64,000 nucleotides of DNA from Neophaeotheca triangularis. Taxonomy: Eukaryota. The position numbers and the translations under genes were made by a program. Below are positions 1 through 10,602 of the stretch, one piece after another (within the stretch, counting starts at the first letter, position 1; each line of letters begins with the position of its first letter). The stretch is from contig BAAIJX010000013.1 of assembly GCA_054600435.1 (NCBI GenBank), positions 186,001 through 250,000 of the forward strand, given 5' to 3'. Below the pieces are notes generated by a model that saw nothing but the letters and a program-made list of their open reading frames with translations, did not search any database and was not told the DNA's origin.

Positions 1-1938
1 GATTTTGTTAGTGTGTCTCAGCTAGCGCAAGCGCTTGGTGCAAGGTACGAGCCTTTCGTCGAGCGTTTGGCAGAGCTGGGCTACGACGACGTCTTTCCCG
101 GTAAAGTGTTGAACTCCGAGATTTCCGGCATGATCGCCATGGAGTATGACTTCGAGCCAGTCTTTGAAAGCGGCGACAAAGAAGCGGAAGAGCGCGACAT
201 TGTGGCTAGGCCTGAGATCGAAGACACAACTTTCCTGCCCACGAGGCCGCCTGTTGTCACCATCATGGGTCATGTTGATCACGGCAAGACGACCATCCTC
301 GACTACCTGCGCAAATCCTCGGTCGCTGCTGGGGAAGCCGGAGGTATCACGCAACACATTGGTGCCTTCTCTGTACCGCTCGCTGCCTCGGGCAAGACCA
401 TAACTTTCCTAGACACGCCAGGCCACGCTGCTTTCTTGGCCATGCGCCAGCGTGGTGCCATCGTTACCGACATTGTGATTTTGGTCGTCGCCGCGGATGA
501 CTCCGTCAAGCCGCAAACGATCGAAGCCATCAAGCACGCAAAGTCAGCTGGCGTACCTATGATTGTTGCCGTCAACAAGGTCGACAAGGCAGAGTCCGAC
601 GTCCAGCGCGTGAAGCAAGATCTTGCAAGACACGGTGTTGAGATCGAAGACTTTGGTGGCGACACTCAAGTCGTCCCCGTTTCCGGCAAGACGGGCCAAG
701 GCATGGATGAGCTGGAAGAAGCTGCTGTCACTCTCTCTGAGATCCTCGACCACCGAGCCGAGACTGACGGCAGTGTTGAGGGTTGGGTCTTGGAAGCCAC
801 AACCAAGAAAGCCGGCAGAGTAGCTACAGTGCTTGTCCGCCGCGGCACCCTCAAACCCGGCTCCGTCATCGTGGCAGGCAAAACCTGGGCGCGAGTGCGA
901 TCGCTGAGAAACGAAGCAGGACAGGCCGTCAAAGAAGTCGGCCCAGGCATGCCTGCTGAAGTCGACGGTTGGCGCGACCAGCCCACCGCCGGCGACGAAG
1001 TCCTTCAAGCGCCCAACGAGCAAAGAGCCAACAGCGCCGTCGAATACCGCCTCGAGCTTGAAGAACGCTCCAAGACCGCCACAGACATGGAAGCAATCAA
1101 CGAAGCCCGCCGCGCCGAGCAAGAGAAACGCGAAGCCGACAAAGCGGCCGAAGAAGCAGCCAAGCGCGCCGCCGCTGGGGAAGAAAGCCCCACCGACACC
1201 TCCAATAACGCCGCCGCCGCCGAAGAGCCCACCGGCCCGACCCAAGTGCCCTTCATCATCAAAGCCGACGTCTCGGGCAGCGCCGAAGCCGTAACCGCTT
1301 ACATCTCCTCCATCTCCTCGGCCTTCGTGATGCCGAAAATCCTGACGAGCGCCGTCGGCGCCGTCCACGAATCTGACATCGAGCACGCTGCCATCGCGGG
1401 CGGTTACCTCGTCGCTTTCAACCTGCCCTCGAACCCCGAAATGGCCGCGCTGGCAGAGAGCCGCGGTGTCCAGATTCTGGAAAATAACATCATTTACCGG
1501 GTTTTGGATGATGTGAAGGCTGTTTTGGAGACGAAGATACCGGATCTCGTTACCCAGAGGGTGCTGGGCGAGGCGGAGATTGGGCAGAATTTTGAGATTG
1601 GGGTTGGTGGGAGGAAGAAGGTGTTGATTGCGGGATGTAAGGTGAGGAACGGGAGTGTGGGCAAGGGGGCTAGGGCGAGGGTGTTTAGGCAGGGGGAGAA
1701 GGTTTATGATGGTGAGCTCTCTCTTGGCTTTTCGACCGTTGACGCTGCCTTTGGGTCGTTGATTGCTGACCTCTTTCTGCTTGCAGGTACCATCTCCTCT
1801 TTGAAGCACGTCAAGAAGGACGTTACTGAGATGCGGAAGGGGACTGAGTGTGGTATTGGCTTCGACGGCTGGGAGGGCTTCGAGGTCGGTGACTCGATCC
1901 AGACTTATGAGGAGGTTAGGGAGAAGAGGAAGTTGTAA
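1..1938 (+). CDS. IFM1: Mitochondrial translation initiation factor IF-2 (5' end outside window)
   Basis: IF2 GTPase motifs PPVVTIMGHVDHGKTT, GGITQHIGAF, DTPGH, NKVD; C-terminal GTECGI. Probable intron 1712-1786 (GTGAGC..CTGAC..GCAG, 75 nt, in frame). Confidence 0.95.
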   Translation, partial: DFVSVSQLAQALGARYEPFVERLAELGYDDVFPGKVLNSEISGMIAMEYDFEPVFESGDKEAEERDIVARPEIEDTTFLPTRPPVVTIMGHVDHGKTTILDYLRKSSVAAGEAGGITQHIGAFSVPLAASGKTITFLDTPGHAAFLAMRQRGAIVTDIVILVVAADDSVKPQTIEAIKHAKSAGVPMIVAVNKVDKAESDVQRVKQDLARHGVEIEDFGGDTQVVPVSGKTGQGMDELEEAAVTLSEILDHRAETDGSVEGWVLEATTKKAGRVATVLVRRGTLKPGSVIVAGKTWARVRSLRNEAGQAVKEVGPGMPAEVDGWRDQPTAGDEVLQAPNEQRANSAVEYRLELEERSKTATDMEAINEARRAEQEKREADKAAEEAAKRAAAGEESPTDTSNNAAAAEEPTGPTQVPFIIKADVSGSAEAVTAYISSISSAFVMPKILTSAVGAVHESDIEHAAIAGGYLVAFNLPSNPEMAALAESRGVQILENNIIYRVLDDVKAVLETKIPDLVTQRVLGEAEIGQNFEIGVGGRKKVLIAGCKVRNGSVGKGARARVFRQGEKVYDGELSLGFSTVDAAFGSLIADLFLLAGTISSLKHVKKDVTEMRKGTECGIGFDGWEGFEVGDSIQTYEEVREKRKL

Positions 1939-2518
1939 GATGATGGAGTTTTGCGGGCATAGGCATTAAATGGTTGTTTTATTTCACCTGCAGAAGGTTG
2001 GAGGGATAGAAAGAGTTGTGCATTTGCACGGAAGACTGAGACCTATGTGTATAGTGTAGCACTTGTCCAATCGTGCTGCATAAATCGAGGCAATGCCAAC
2101 GCTTTGCAACAAGTGACATACTAGTATTCGACTTGATGTCCTTGATATTCGACACGAAGGACTTGGGCGATAACTAGGTACTTGAAGGAGAATGAATCCC
2201 GTCTTCGAATCTTTTGTATGCAACATATAGTACAATTGTCCCCGCTCACAGCGCCAACGTAAGAAGGCGCAAGTGCCCGTACTAGCAGCAAATGCAAGCA
2301 GGCAATGCATGCCCATGGATCAGCGCATGACCATCCGTCGGGCATGCAGCCCTGACTTTGAAACGCCTCAAGAACACCAACGCTATGCATCCTCTCTGTA
2401 ATCTTGAATACCCCAATTCGCCGGCCCCCACCCGCTTCTTCCCGTTTCCCCAATGCAATGACCTATCCCGCAAGCACGAGCAAACAACCCCAGCCTCGTT
2501 CGACCCGAAGTTCCCCAC

Positions 2519-5500
2519 CTATACGCCCCTCGCGCGGGTCAGATCTACTCCTCGGAGCAAATCAACCATCGCCTGCGGGTTGAAAACCGTGGCGCGATAA
2601 TGCTGAGCAGGGGGAATGATGCTAAGCAGGAAGTTCACCTGCGGGGGAAGCTTAGGCGGACCGACGGGGCCACCGGGAGGCGGGCCGGCAGCACTGGTAG
2701 GAGGCTGGCCGGGCTGGTAGTTGCGGGTCATGAAACCACCACCGCCGCCCGGAGCGGCGTTGTCGGCATTGGCAGGCTTGATGGCGTTCATGTTGGCGAC
2801 AGAGGGCGACAGACTTGAGATGGAGTTGCTGACGATACGGCGGCCGGCGGCGCCCTTGAGGGGAGCGGGGGAGTCGCCGCGCGCGAACTTGCGTTGCGGG
2901 GTTTCGACATCCGAGACATCGTCGAGGGTGCGTTTTGGAGAGGCCAGGTAGGGTCCGTTCGGCCCTAGCATAAGTTGTCCTCCTCCGGGTGCTTCGGTTT
3001 GGTTTCCGCCCTGTGGGATGGTGGGGAAATCTTCCTGCGGGAACGAGCCCCTGGGTCTTGCTTGGGAAGGATGGAGCTGAAGTTGGGTGGCCATGGCGTC
3101 GAAGCCGCTGCCGCCTAGAGACAGGAAGCGGTGGGCGAACCGGTTGAGACTGGGCTCCTCGGGGTAGAGATCGGCCATGCGGGTCTCGAGGCGCTTCATC
3201 ATGGGTAAATCACCGAACTGGGACTCGAAGGCGTGCATGTAGGTGATGAGCGGGCGGCACTTCTCTCGTTGCAAGCTCCTGTCGACAGACTTCTCCCCAG
3301 TAGCGGCGTTGGTGGTGCTGTTGCCCAGAGCCATGATTTTGGTGATTGTTGTCTCGAAAACAGCGCGGGCATTGGTGTGGTCGTTCAGGCCGATGAGATA
3401 CTTGATGTACTCCAGCGCGAACAACTCGTCGGTGGGAAAGAGCTTCATACCCTTCTCGAAAATGCGGCTAGCCGAAGGATCCTTGTAACAGTGATGCTCG
3501 AGCAAAGCATTCTCTACATAGACTTCGCTGGTGAGCTGACCGCGCGGGCGAGCGTCACCAAAGACACCGCGCAGACCTTTCTTCTGCGTCTTCGGACCAC
3601 CTTGACCTTGGATACGACGGAAGGCGCGCATGTAGGCAATCCAGACGTAAGAGATGGTGTTCTTGAGATTCTCCGTAAGGCGAGTAGTTGCGGCCTTGAT
3701 GGTGTTGATTTCGAAAGTCTCTTTCTCCGCACGGGTAGTGGGCTTCGAGGCCGTTGGGTTGGGGTCATCTTCATCGTCGTCATTTTTGGGTGCAGGCGTT
3801 GGCTCTCTCGAATCTGGCGGCATGGCAGCGTATCGCTCTTGGACTTCTTGAATGCTTTTGCTTTCACGCTCGACCGTCCTTGCGCGTAGGTCGTACAGGG
3901 CCTTGAGCACGTTTTCGTAAGGTACCTCCAGCTTCTGGCCGTTGCGCACAACGACTTCGATCTCGCCACCAGATGGCAGACTGTTCTCGATGCGGTCCGC
4001 TTTGCTTAGAGCTAGCAGTACGCTCTCCGGGTTGGCTTCGATGCCGCCGTTGAGGATCTCCTCACCCTTTCCGGTGAGTTCGTCCGTCCCCTGCTCAAAG
4101 CACCACTCAGAAGCTTCGAACCAAATCTCAGGGTAAAAGCGAAGACTGGCTAGAGATTGCTTGTAGACGAACAAGATCCTTGCGCGATACTGGTTGACGT
4201 CCTCATCCTTGAGCACGAGCGGGTCTTCCTTTTCCCATTGGATCCACTTCTTCCATCCCTCGACTTGATCCGCAAACTCATCTTCACCCTCGAATCCATA
4301 GATCGGGGGCAGCTTGGGATACGCTCTGCGATCCAAGCCAGAGATGATGCCTTCGATTTGCGTGCGAGCAGTTCTGGCGGTCATGTAGGCTGGACTGCGC
4401 TCTTGAAGATACTTCCGTCCTGAAGCTTTGTTGAGGCTCAGCTCGAAGTTGTCGTACTCCTTCCATAGCTTCGTAAGCTCTCCGTGGGGAAGGGTGACGC
4501 CTTCTTGGTAGACTTTGCGAAGCAAATCTTTCTTCTGTTGATCTTGCCATCCGCTGTCTCCTACGTTGCCCGGCCCGCTCTTGACAAATTCCACATAATC
4601 ACGCCACAGTTTACCGGCATCTGGATCACCACCGACTTGCTGAACTGCGATTTCGAACGCCTGTTGAAGTATGCCTCGATTCTGGCCTGTGGTGTCGGTC
4701 GTAAGAGGGTGACGTCGTCGAAGGTAATCGAGATAGAGAAACCACAAGTCAATGTCGGGTACACTGAAGAGGGAGTCGTTGAGGATTTTCTCGAAGCGCG
4801 AGAGGTCGTCTTCTGCGAGCTCCAAGTTTCCATATTGAAGCCAGAGCGCAGGCTTGCGGGTTCCGTTAGCTTCACACACGTCTTTCGCAAACGAGAAGAG
4901 TAGAGACATGAGTAAAACACTGTGAGAGACATGGGCCCACTTGACGCATCGCTCGTAATAGCCACTTAGAAGACGGATGGAGGTACTCACCGAGGAAGGA
5001 AAGACTTTGAGCATTCTCTGATATACACCGCGCGCCTCGTCCAACTTTGATTTCTCTTTGTAGTGATTGATAAGACCGAACCAAGCTTCAATGTCCACTT
5101 TGGGGCCATCTTTGATACGGTCTTCGAGTTGTCCAATCTTGTCGTGCGGAAGTCGAGCTGTGGAAGCCGCAGGTGCTTCCGCGTCGTTTGTTTGGTTTGG
5201 CAGTACTGATGGCGCTTGAGTGCTGGGCTGAGGTGTTGCGGCTGCACTGATTGGAGCTTGTTGTGTAGATACGTTCTTACCCTCACCGTTCGCCGACTCC
5301 CCATTGGTAGCAGGAGGTGAGGCTTGCGCAGGAGTAGTGACAGGGATAGCAGAAGCAACTTCAGACATACTCGCCGCTGCAGGAATGTTGTTTGTAGCAG
5401 TGGAGCCATTGAGACTGGTGCTGGAAGTAGAGGGGACTGCAGCAGTGTCTTGTGCTTCACTATGTATTGGTACATCCCCTTGAATTTGCTCTTGCGATTC

Positions 5501-5962
5501 CGCGACAGCTACTGCGCCTAGGCCAGACTGAGTGGTTTCAGTGCCATTTGCCTGTTGGGAGGGTTGGGGCGTATGTGTGTCATCATCTTCCTCTTCATCA
5601 CTGTCATCTTGCACAAAGCCAGCGATCGTCTTTGGTGGAGCACAGGCGGCTGATGCGCTGGGTGCGGCAGATGCGGTACGCGAAGGAACTTGGGAGGGGT
5701 TTGCGGAGGCAGCAGCTGAAGCAGCATTCTCTTGCGCCTGGGGAGCATCGGCTTGCGCCGGCGTTGACTGGTCTGCAGTATCACCGAAGTTGAAGGTAGA
5801 GGGGTCGTAGTCTTCATCGTCGTCGTCATTGGCCACGTTCTGTGCCCAAGTAGTACCTAGATTGCTGTTGTCGCCCGTGTCAATGCCCATTTCCACATCC
5901 CCATCGTCCGAAGATGCAACACTGTACTTTGGAGACGCTAGGGGATCGTATTCCTCTGCCAT
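2519..5962 (-). CDS. RNA14: mRNA 3'-end processing factor Rna14/CstF-77 (HAT repeats)
   Basis: RLPHDKIGQLEDRI, LWKEYDNFE, WKKWIQWEKEDPL, ASRIFEKGMKLF, LLSIIPPA. Likely ATG at 5962 (MAEEY); intron 4853-4990 (GTGAGT..GCTAAC..AAG). Confidence 0.93.
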   Translation of the reverse strand: MAEEYDPLASPKYSVASSDDGDVEMGIDTGDNSNLGTTWAQNVANDDDDEDYDPSTFNFGDTADQSTPAQADAPQAQENAASAAASANPSQVPSRTASAAPSASAACAPPKTIAGFVQDDSDEEEDDDTHTPQPSQQANGTETTQSGLGAVAVAESQEQIQGDVPIHSEAQDTAAVPSTSSTSLNGSTATNNIPAAASMSEVASAIPVTTPAQASPPATNGESANGEGKNVSTQQAPISAAATPQPSTQAPSVLPNQTNDAEAPAASTARLPHDKIGQLEDRIKDGPKVDIEAWFGLINHYKEKSKLDEARGVYQRMLKVFPSSVSTSIRLLSGYYERCVKWAHVSHSVLLMSLLFSFAKDVCEANGTRKPALWLQYGNLELAEDDLSRFEKILNDSLFSVPDIDLWFLYLDYLRRRHPLTTDTTGQNRGILQQAFEIAVQQVGGDPDAGKLWRDYVEFVKSGPGNVGDSGWQDQQKKDLLRKVYQEGVTLPHGELTKLWKEYDNFELSLNKASGRKYLQERSPAYMTARTARTQIEGIISGLDRRAYPKLPPIYGFEGEDEFADQVEGWKKWIQWEKEDPLVLKDEDVNQYRARILFVYKQSLASLRFYPEIWFEASEWCFEQGTDELTGKGEEILNGGIEANPESVLLALSKADRIENSLPSGGEIEVVVRNGQKLEVPYENVLKALYDLRARTVERESKSIQEVQERYAAMPPDSREPTPAPKNDDDEDDPNPTASKPTTRAEKETFEINTIKAATTRLTENLKNTISYVWIAYMRAFRRIQGQGGPKTQKKGLRGVFGDARPRGQLTSEVYVENALLEHHCYKDPSASRIFEKGMKLFPTDELFALEYIKYLIGLNDHTNARAVFETTITKIMALGNSTTNAATGEKSVDRSLQREKCRPLITYMHAFESQFGDLPMMKRLETRMADLYPEEPSLNRFAHRFLSLGGSGFDAMATQLQLHPSQARPRGSFPQEDFPTIPQGGNQTEAPGGGQLMLGPNGPYLASPKRTLDDVSDVETPQRKFARGDSPAPLKGAAGRRIVSNSISSLSPSVANMNAIKPANADNAAPGGGGGFMTRNYQPGQPPTSAAGPPPGGPVGPPKLPPQVNFLLSIIPPAQHYRATVFNPQAMVDLLRGVDLTRARGV

Positions 5963-6459
5963 GATGGTGATAGAGGTGGGTAAAAATTGGCAATTCGTTT
6001 CACTCCGGTCCAGTGAGTGAAGTTGTCGCAAACGTTTCGCGCACCATGCGCGGTCTCGTGAACGGGACAAGGGCTGGAAATGAGATTCTTTGGTGTTCCA
6101 GTGGGCGATTAGTAGCAATATTCGGAGAGTGTGTGAGGGTGAAGTGAAAGTTCTGGGAGAAGGTGGTTAGATAGCAAAGAGTGTTTAGTTGGAGATCCCA
6201 AGGTGAGGTTGTCAGAGCTCAGGCAACAGAGGCTCGGGAGTCTTTCGGAACCCGAGCCGAAATGCGAATGCGAATCCGAGATGCGGCTTCGACAAGCGAA
6301 CAAACAGCGCCTGCTGTAAAGACTTGAGGCCCAAACAAGGAGAACAAGTTTTTAAACTGCGCTCTAAAACCTTTTTATGGAACTCTGGATACTAGCTGCT
6401 TTCCGATAGCATCAAGACGGCCATAATATACGGGCCCAACAGCGACACCGTGTCCTGTC

Positions 6460-7497
6460 ATGGCTTCTACCCAGAGAAACAGCACTATGCGCCTCCCGCC
6501 CTTCTTCAGGAGACTTTTCAAGTTCACTGCCATGGACTTCGAGACGGTATGCTCAGAGCAAATTTCGCACTCTGAGCAAGCATGCTGATTCTAGGACACC
6601 AGGCAGTCTGGGAAATGACACATTTGATAATCGCCCCGAAAAAGGTCTTCAGAAACATATATTACTACGTGAGGAGCCTTCTACCCACAACAATGTTCGA
6701 CACCTTTGCTAACACCATTCGCAGAAACGTTTGTCTTGCACCACGGACTACAGTTGGCCGCCTTTAAGCTGACACAGTCCACAGAAACCAAAAACTCTTA
6801 CCATCGACCGGATCCCGCCTTCACATATCTTTTATCGTTTTTCCTGACCCTGACAGGTCTAGCATGGGGGCTGGCCTACGCCGACGGCTTTGGTCGAGCT
6901 ATCCGAGTAGCAGTGGTCTTCGTGCTTGGGCACTTCTTGGGCTCTTCCCTAATCGTGGCGACACTCATGTTCTTCCTCGTAGGCAGAGTGCTGGGTAAGC
7001 GCCGACAGGGCTTGTTTGGACCACCTGGCGATGATCGAGGGGAAGCGTTGGAATTCGGCTACTGCTTCGACGTAGGTATCATGTTTTGGTCAGAGCTGAG
7101 TAGTGTCGATTGCTAACACTGGATGGCAGGTCGCTATTAGAGCCTTTCTTCCCGTGTGGGTCTTTCTATACGTTCTGCAGTTCCTGCTTATGCCTCTGAT
7201 TGCGCGCGACTACTGGGTTTCCAACCTTTTCGGCAATTCGATGTATCTGCTCGCCTTGAGCTACTACTTCGTCATCACGTTCTTGGGATACAACGGTAAA
7301 TTATCGTTTGACTCGTGTTTGCGTGTATTGTAACTAACTCAGAAGTAGCACTACCCTTTCTTTCCCGTACGGAGATACTGCTTGCGCCAGTGCCTGTACT
7401 GTCCATATTGTGGCTGATCAGCCTCTTTACATTCGACTGCGCGACGAACTTAGCGCCGGTGCTGTGGTGCGGAGTCAATCTCAGGAAGCCTGTATAG
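6460..7497 (+). CDS. GMH1: UNC-50 family membrane protein
   Basis: Spliced reading RRLFKFTAMDFET-AVWEMTHLIIAPKKVFRNIYYY-KQ-TKNSYHRPDPAF..LEFGYCFDVAIRAF. Introns 6547-6602, 6669-6724, 6729-6784, 7072-7129, 7296-7348. Confidence 0.9.
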
Positions 7498-8293
7498 ATA
7501 GCATATAGAATTGTAGTATCCCTTTTGTTTCTGCTGATCCAGGCAAAATAATACCTAATAGTAGTATGGTAGGAAGATAGATACAGGTATTCCAATCTGC
7601 TGATAGAAGAAGCTTGGAAGTCATAGTCCGTCGCGTAAATTTCGCGACAGTAGGTATCGTATCGTCAGCCAGGGCGTCGATCCCAGCCACCTGCACTCTG
7701 ACCAGCAACCAACGACCAGCCTCATAGAAATGACTGGCATCACTTTTCCCTTTGACCTCGATGCTCTTTGTGAAACTTTACACCTTCTCGACTTGTGACC
7801 CAAAAGTGTTGTTGTATCTATCGTCAAGTTTATTATTATTATCATTGACTGGATTTCTCCTTGGAAGACCTTCACGCTTCTGCAGCCTCGCTCTCCATTG
7901 CCCCACGCTTCGGGCTTCGATCCAACCCCACAGCTCCCGCCCGCTCATCTCCACTGCTTCCACCCAACGACGCAGCGGCAGCCCGCAGCAACATTGCGAA
8001 CAGCAGCACACCGCACCAACCCCTCGCCTTTCGGGCACCTCAACGGACCGCATCGTATATTCAAATCGTCAGTCCGCCCATCTTGCCACGGTAGAAGAAT
8101 TCGACCAAGACAAGAGTGGAAAAAAGCAGGAGCTCCGGCGCATATCCAACCGACATCGTCACTATTCGTCAGGGAGGCAAGACGGTCAAAGGCTGCATAC
8201 ACAATTTGTCGACGCAGCAAGAGGTCTCGATAAGAGACATACGACTAGCCATCACGCCTAGATCCCGCCTTTGAACCACCATACACCCTCACA

Positions 8294-8929
8294 ATGGCCC
8301 GCACCGAGAGAACCTCCCGTAGCCTCTCGCGACAGCGAGTAGTTGTCCGGCAGTCATACTTCTGGCCGGACCAACAGCTTAACTTCTGGATCATCATCAT
8401 GTTAGCGACTGCCGGCGTCCTTATAGGAGTATTTGCCAACTTTATAGTCATTCAGCAGCAATTGGGGGCGGGGATACCATGGTAAGCACAATCACCACAC
8501 AAACCGCGTCAAAAGACAGCCTAGCTCACACCATCCACCAGGATTATGCCCTTCGGCATCACCGTAGGCTCGCTCACCGCAATCTTCATCCTCATCATGC
8601 TCATCCTCATCGCCCAACGCCGACTCCTTCCTGGCGTCGTAATACTCGGCTCCTTCATCCTGCTGGTCCTCTACATCACAGGCCTGATCGAAACGGCCAT
8701 ACAGCTCTTCGGCCCCGAAGGCGACATCAACGACAAATGTCAAAACGACATCTACGGCAGCGAAACGTCCGGACTGAATTGGAACACCTTCGCATGGCTA
8801 CTCCAGCAAAGCATCTGCCAGAGCTGGTACGCCGTCTTTGCTTTCTGGATCATCGGCGGCGTCTTTCTCGTCTGGATGATTATTCTGGGGAGTCTGGTTG
8901 CTAGAGGAGGACGTGGGGACAACTACTAG
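8294..8929 (+). CDS. Four-TM fungal membrane protein (MARVEL-like)
   Basis: Two ORFs join through intron 8482-8541 (GTAAGC..CTCAC..CAG); four hydrophobic segments and a Cys pair in the loop. Confidence 0.75.
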
Positions 8930-9340
8930 GCGTGGCCTTGCTGTTTGCCGCCTTCTGGCTATCGGAGGCGACCGAGAGAGTTTGATTGAGCGAACGCTTG
9001 TACGGGATATCTGCATATGAATTAAATCGGGGCTCGGGATTGCACTGGGACGGCGTACGGGTTGCGAACGATACCACTGTCTGTTGAGGGAAGGTGTTAA
9101 TAGCGTGCGGTCTGACATTTCATTGATATGCAAGTGTAGCCTTTCTATACCCACAAATGACATCGTCGAAGCTACCAGGGCTGCACATGCCGCCTCTTCA
9201 TCCCCGCAGTTCTTGAACTACCCCGGCAACGCATCTCGGTCGAGTGCCGACATAGCTATATATCTTGCCTCGCGCTGACGGCTCGCAACCCCAGAAGGTC
9301 GCGATTAACAACACACTGCGAACGAAATCGAGCCTTGAAC

Positions 9341-9987
9341 ATGTACGCCCTCAAGCGCTTCCCCGTCCTCGCGACTCTGGCCGCATACGCTACAGCACAG
9401 AGCGAGCCCATCGCCCCCTCCCTGGCCTTCATGTACCACATGGACGCCGACCTAGGCGATAGCATCCACATGGGCGCCGTCCCGCACGGTCAAGACCGCA
9501 CAGTCATCCCCATCCTGGGCGGGACGTTCAAAGGCCCGCAGCTCTCAGGTAAGGAAGCAACAGACCTCCCATCTCTCCCGGCTCCACTGGCACCCGCTCT
9601 GACAAGTCCACGCACGTGTCACGTCACTCACAGGCGAGATCGCACCCATCGGCGCCGACTGGCTGCTCCTAGACAGAGATGGTAAAGTGCGGCCCGATAC
9701 GCGGTATTTTGCTCACCGACGATGGTGCTTGGATTTATGTCCAAACCCGAGGTCAGCCTTTGCCGAATGAGGATCGTTTGCTGTTGCATGCGCGGTTTGA
9801 GGCTGCGACGGATGGGTCGTATGATTGGTTGAATGATGTTGTGGGGGTGGGGGTGCTTAGTAGGAATGGCAGTAATGGGGTTGGTATTGATATGTGGCAG
9901 CCTGTTGTGGCGCCTGTGCTTGGTTCGGTGGTGGAGGATTGGGGGGTGGGGTTGGAGAGCGAGGGCGAGGGGGGTTGTGATGGTTAG
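9341..9987 (+). pseudogene. DUF3237-family protein with signal peptide; apparent frameshift near 9705-9710
   Basis: PILGGTFKGP..GADW..DTRY lies in one frame and LTDDGAWIYV..FE..YDWLN in another. Intron 9549-9633; no usable AG exists to splice around the shift. Confidence 0.65.
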
Positions 9988-10602
9988 GGGGCTGTGGACT
10001 CTGGAGGTATGCCTAGAGGTAGTGGGTGTAGAATTGATTGAAGTCGTCGGCAACGGACGGCAGTTGTGGATTCACTTGACCCCTGCCCCCACGTGCCCCC
10101 GCTCTCTGACAGATGCAATATTCCTCGCCCGGGCTGGGGACTACTAAGGTACTAATCAAGAGACTTCCCCTCTTCACACCCCCTCGTCTATGCGGTGCTT
10201 GACGCACGTCTTCATCTCTTGCACTCTTGCAGACCTCTCCCTCCGCGTCGTCTTCGTGATGTATCTATCCATAGTAAAGATTTGCCAGCCAGGCGATGGA
10301 GGCAAAGAAGCACATATCGCCGCCAGAAAGTGATAGACAAGAGCCAGCTGAAGTGCAATCAGGTTGTTCACGTCTATAGCTCCGGTACGACACTGCATCG
10401 GCATGCCAAGTCTGCTGCGTGAAGACGTAGGACCACAGGGACGGATCGTGCTAAAAGGTGTCAGGCATCGGCAAGGACCAAGGCCACTGTCAGGACCGAG
10501 GAAGACCTTCATCCTCGGGAAAGCTATAAGTATTGAACCTCTTCCTTCTTCTCGTCCCGCCTTTCCAACCTCCTGCTGTGGTAGGAACGCGGAATCGTCA
10601 CC

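Noticed and set aside
544..1809. Long antisense ORFs (also 22164-23180, 43859-44731, 35834-36637, 50404-51084)
   Set aside because: They are shadows of GC-rich sense genes and show no domain motifs.
5963..6118. N-terminal extension of the RNA14 ORF
   Set aside because: It begins at a non-ATG codon; the first ATG is at 5962.
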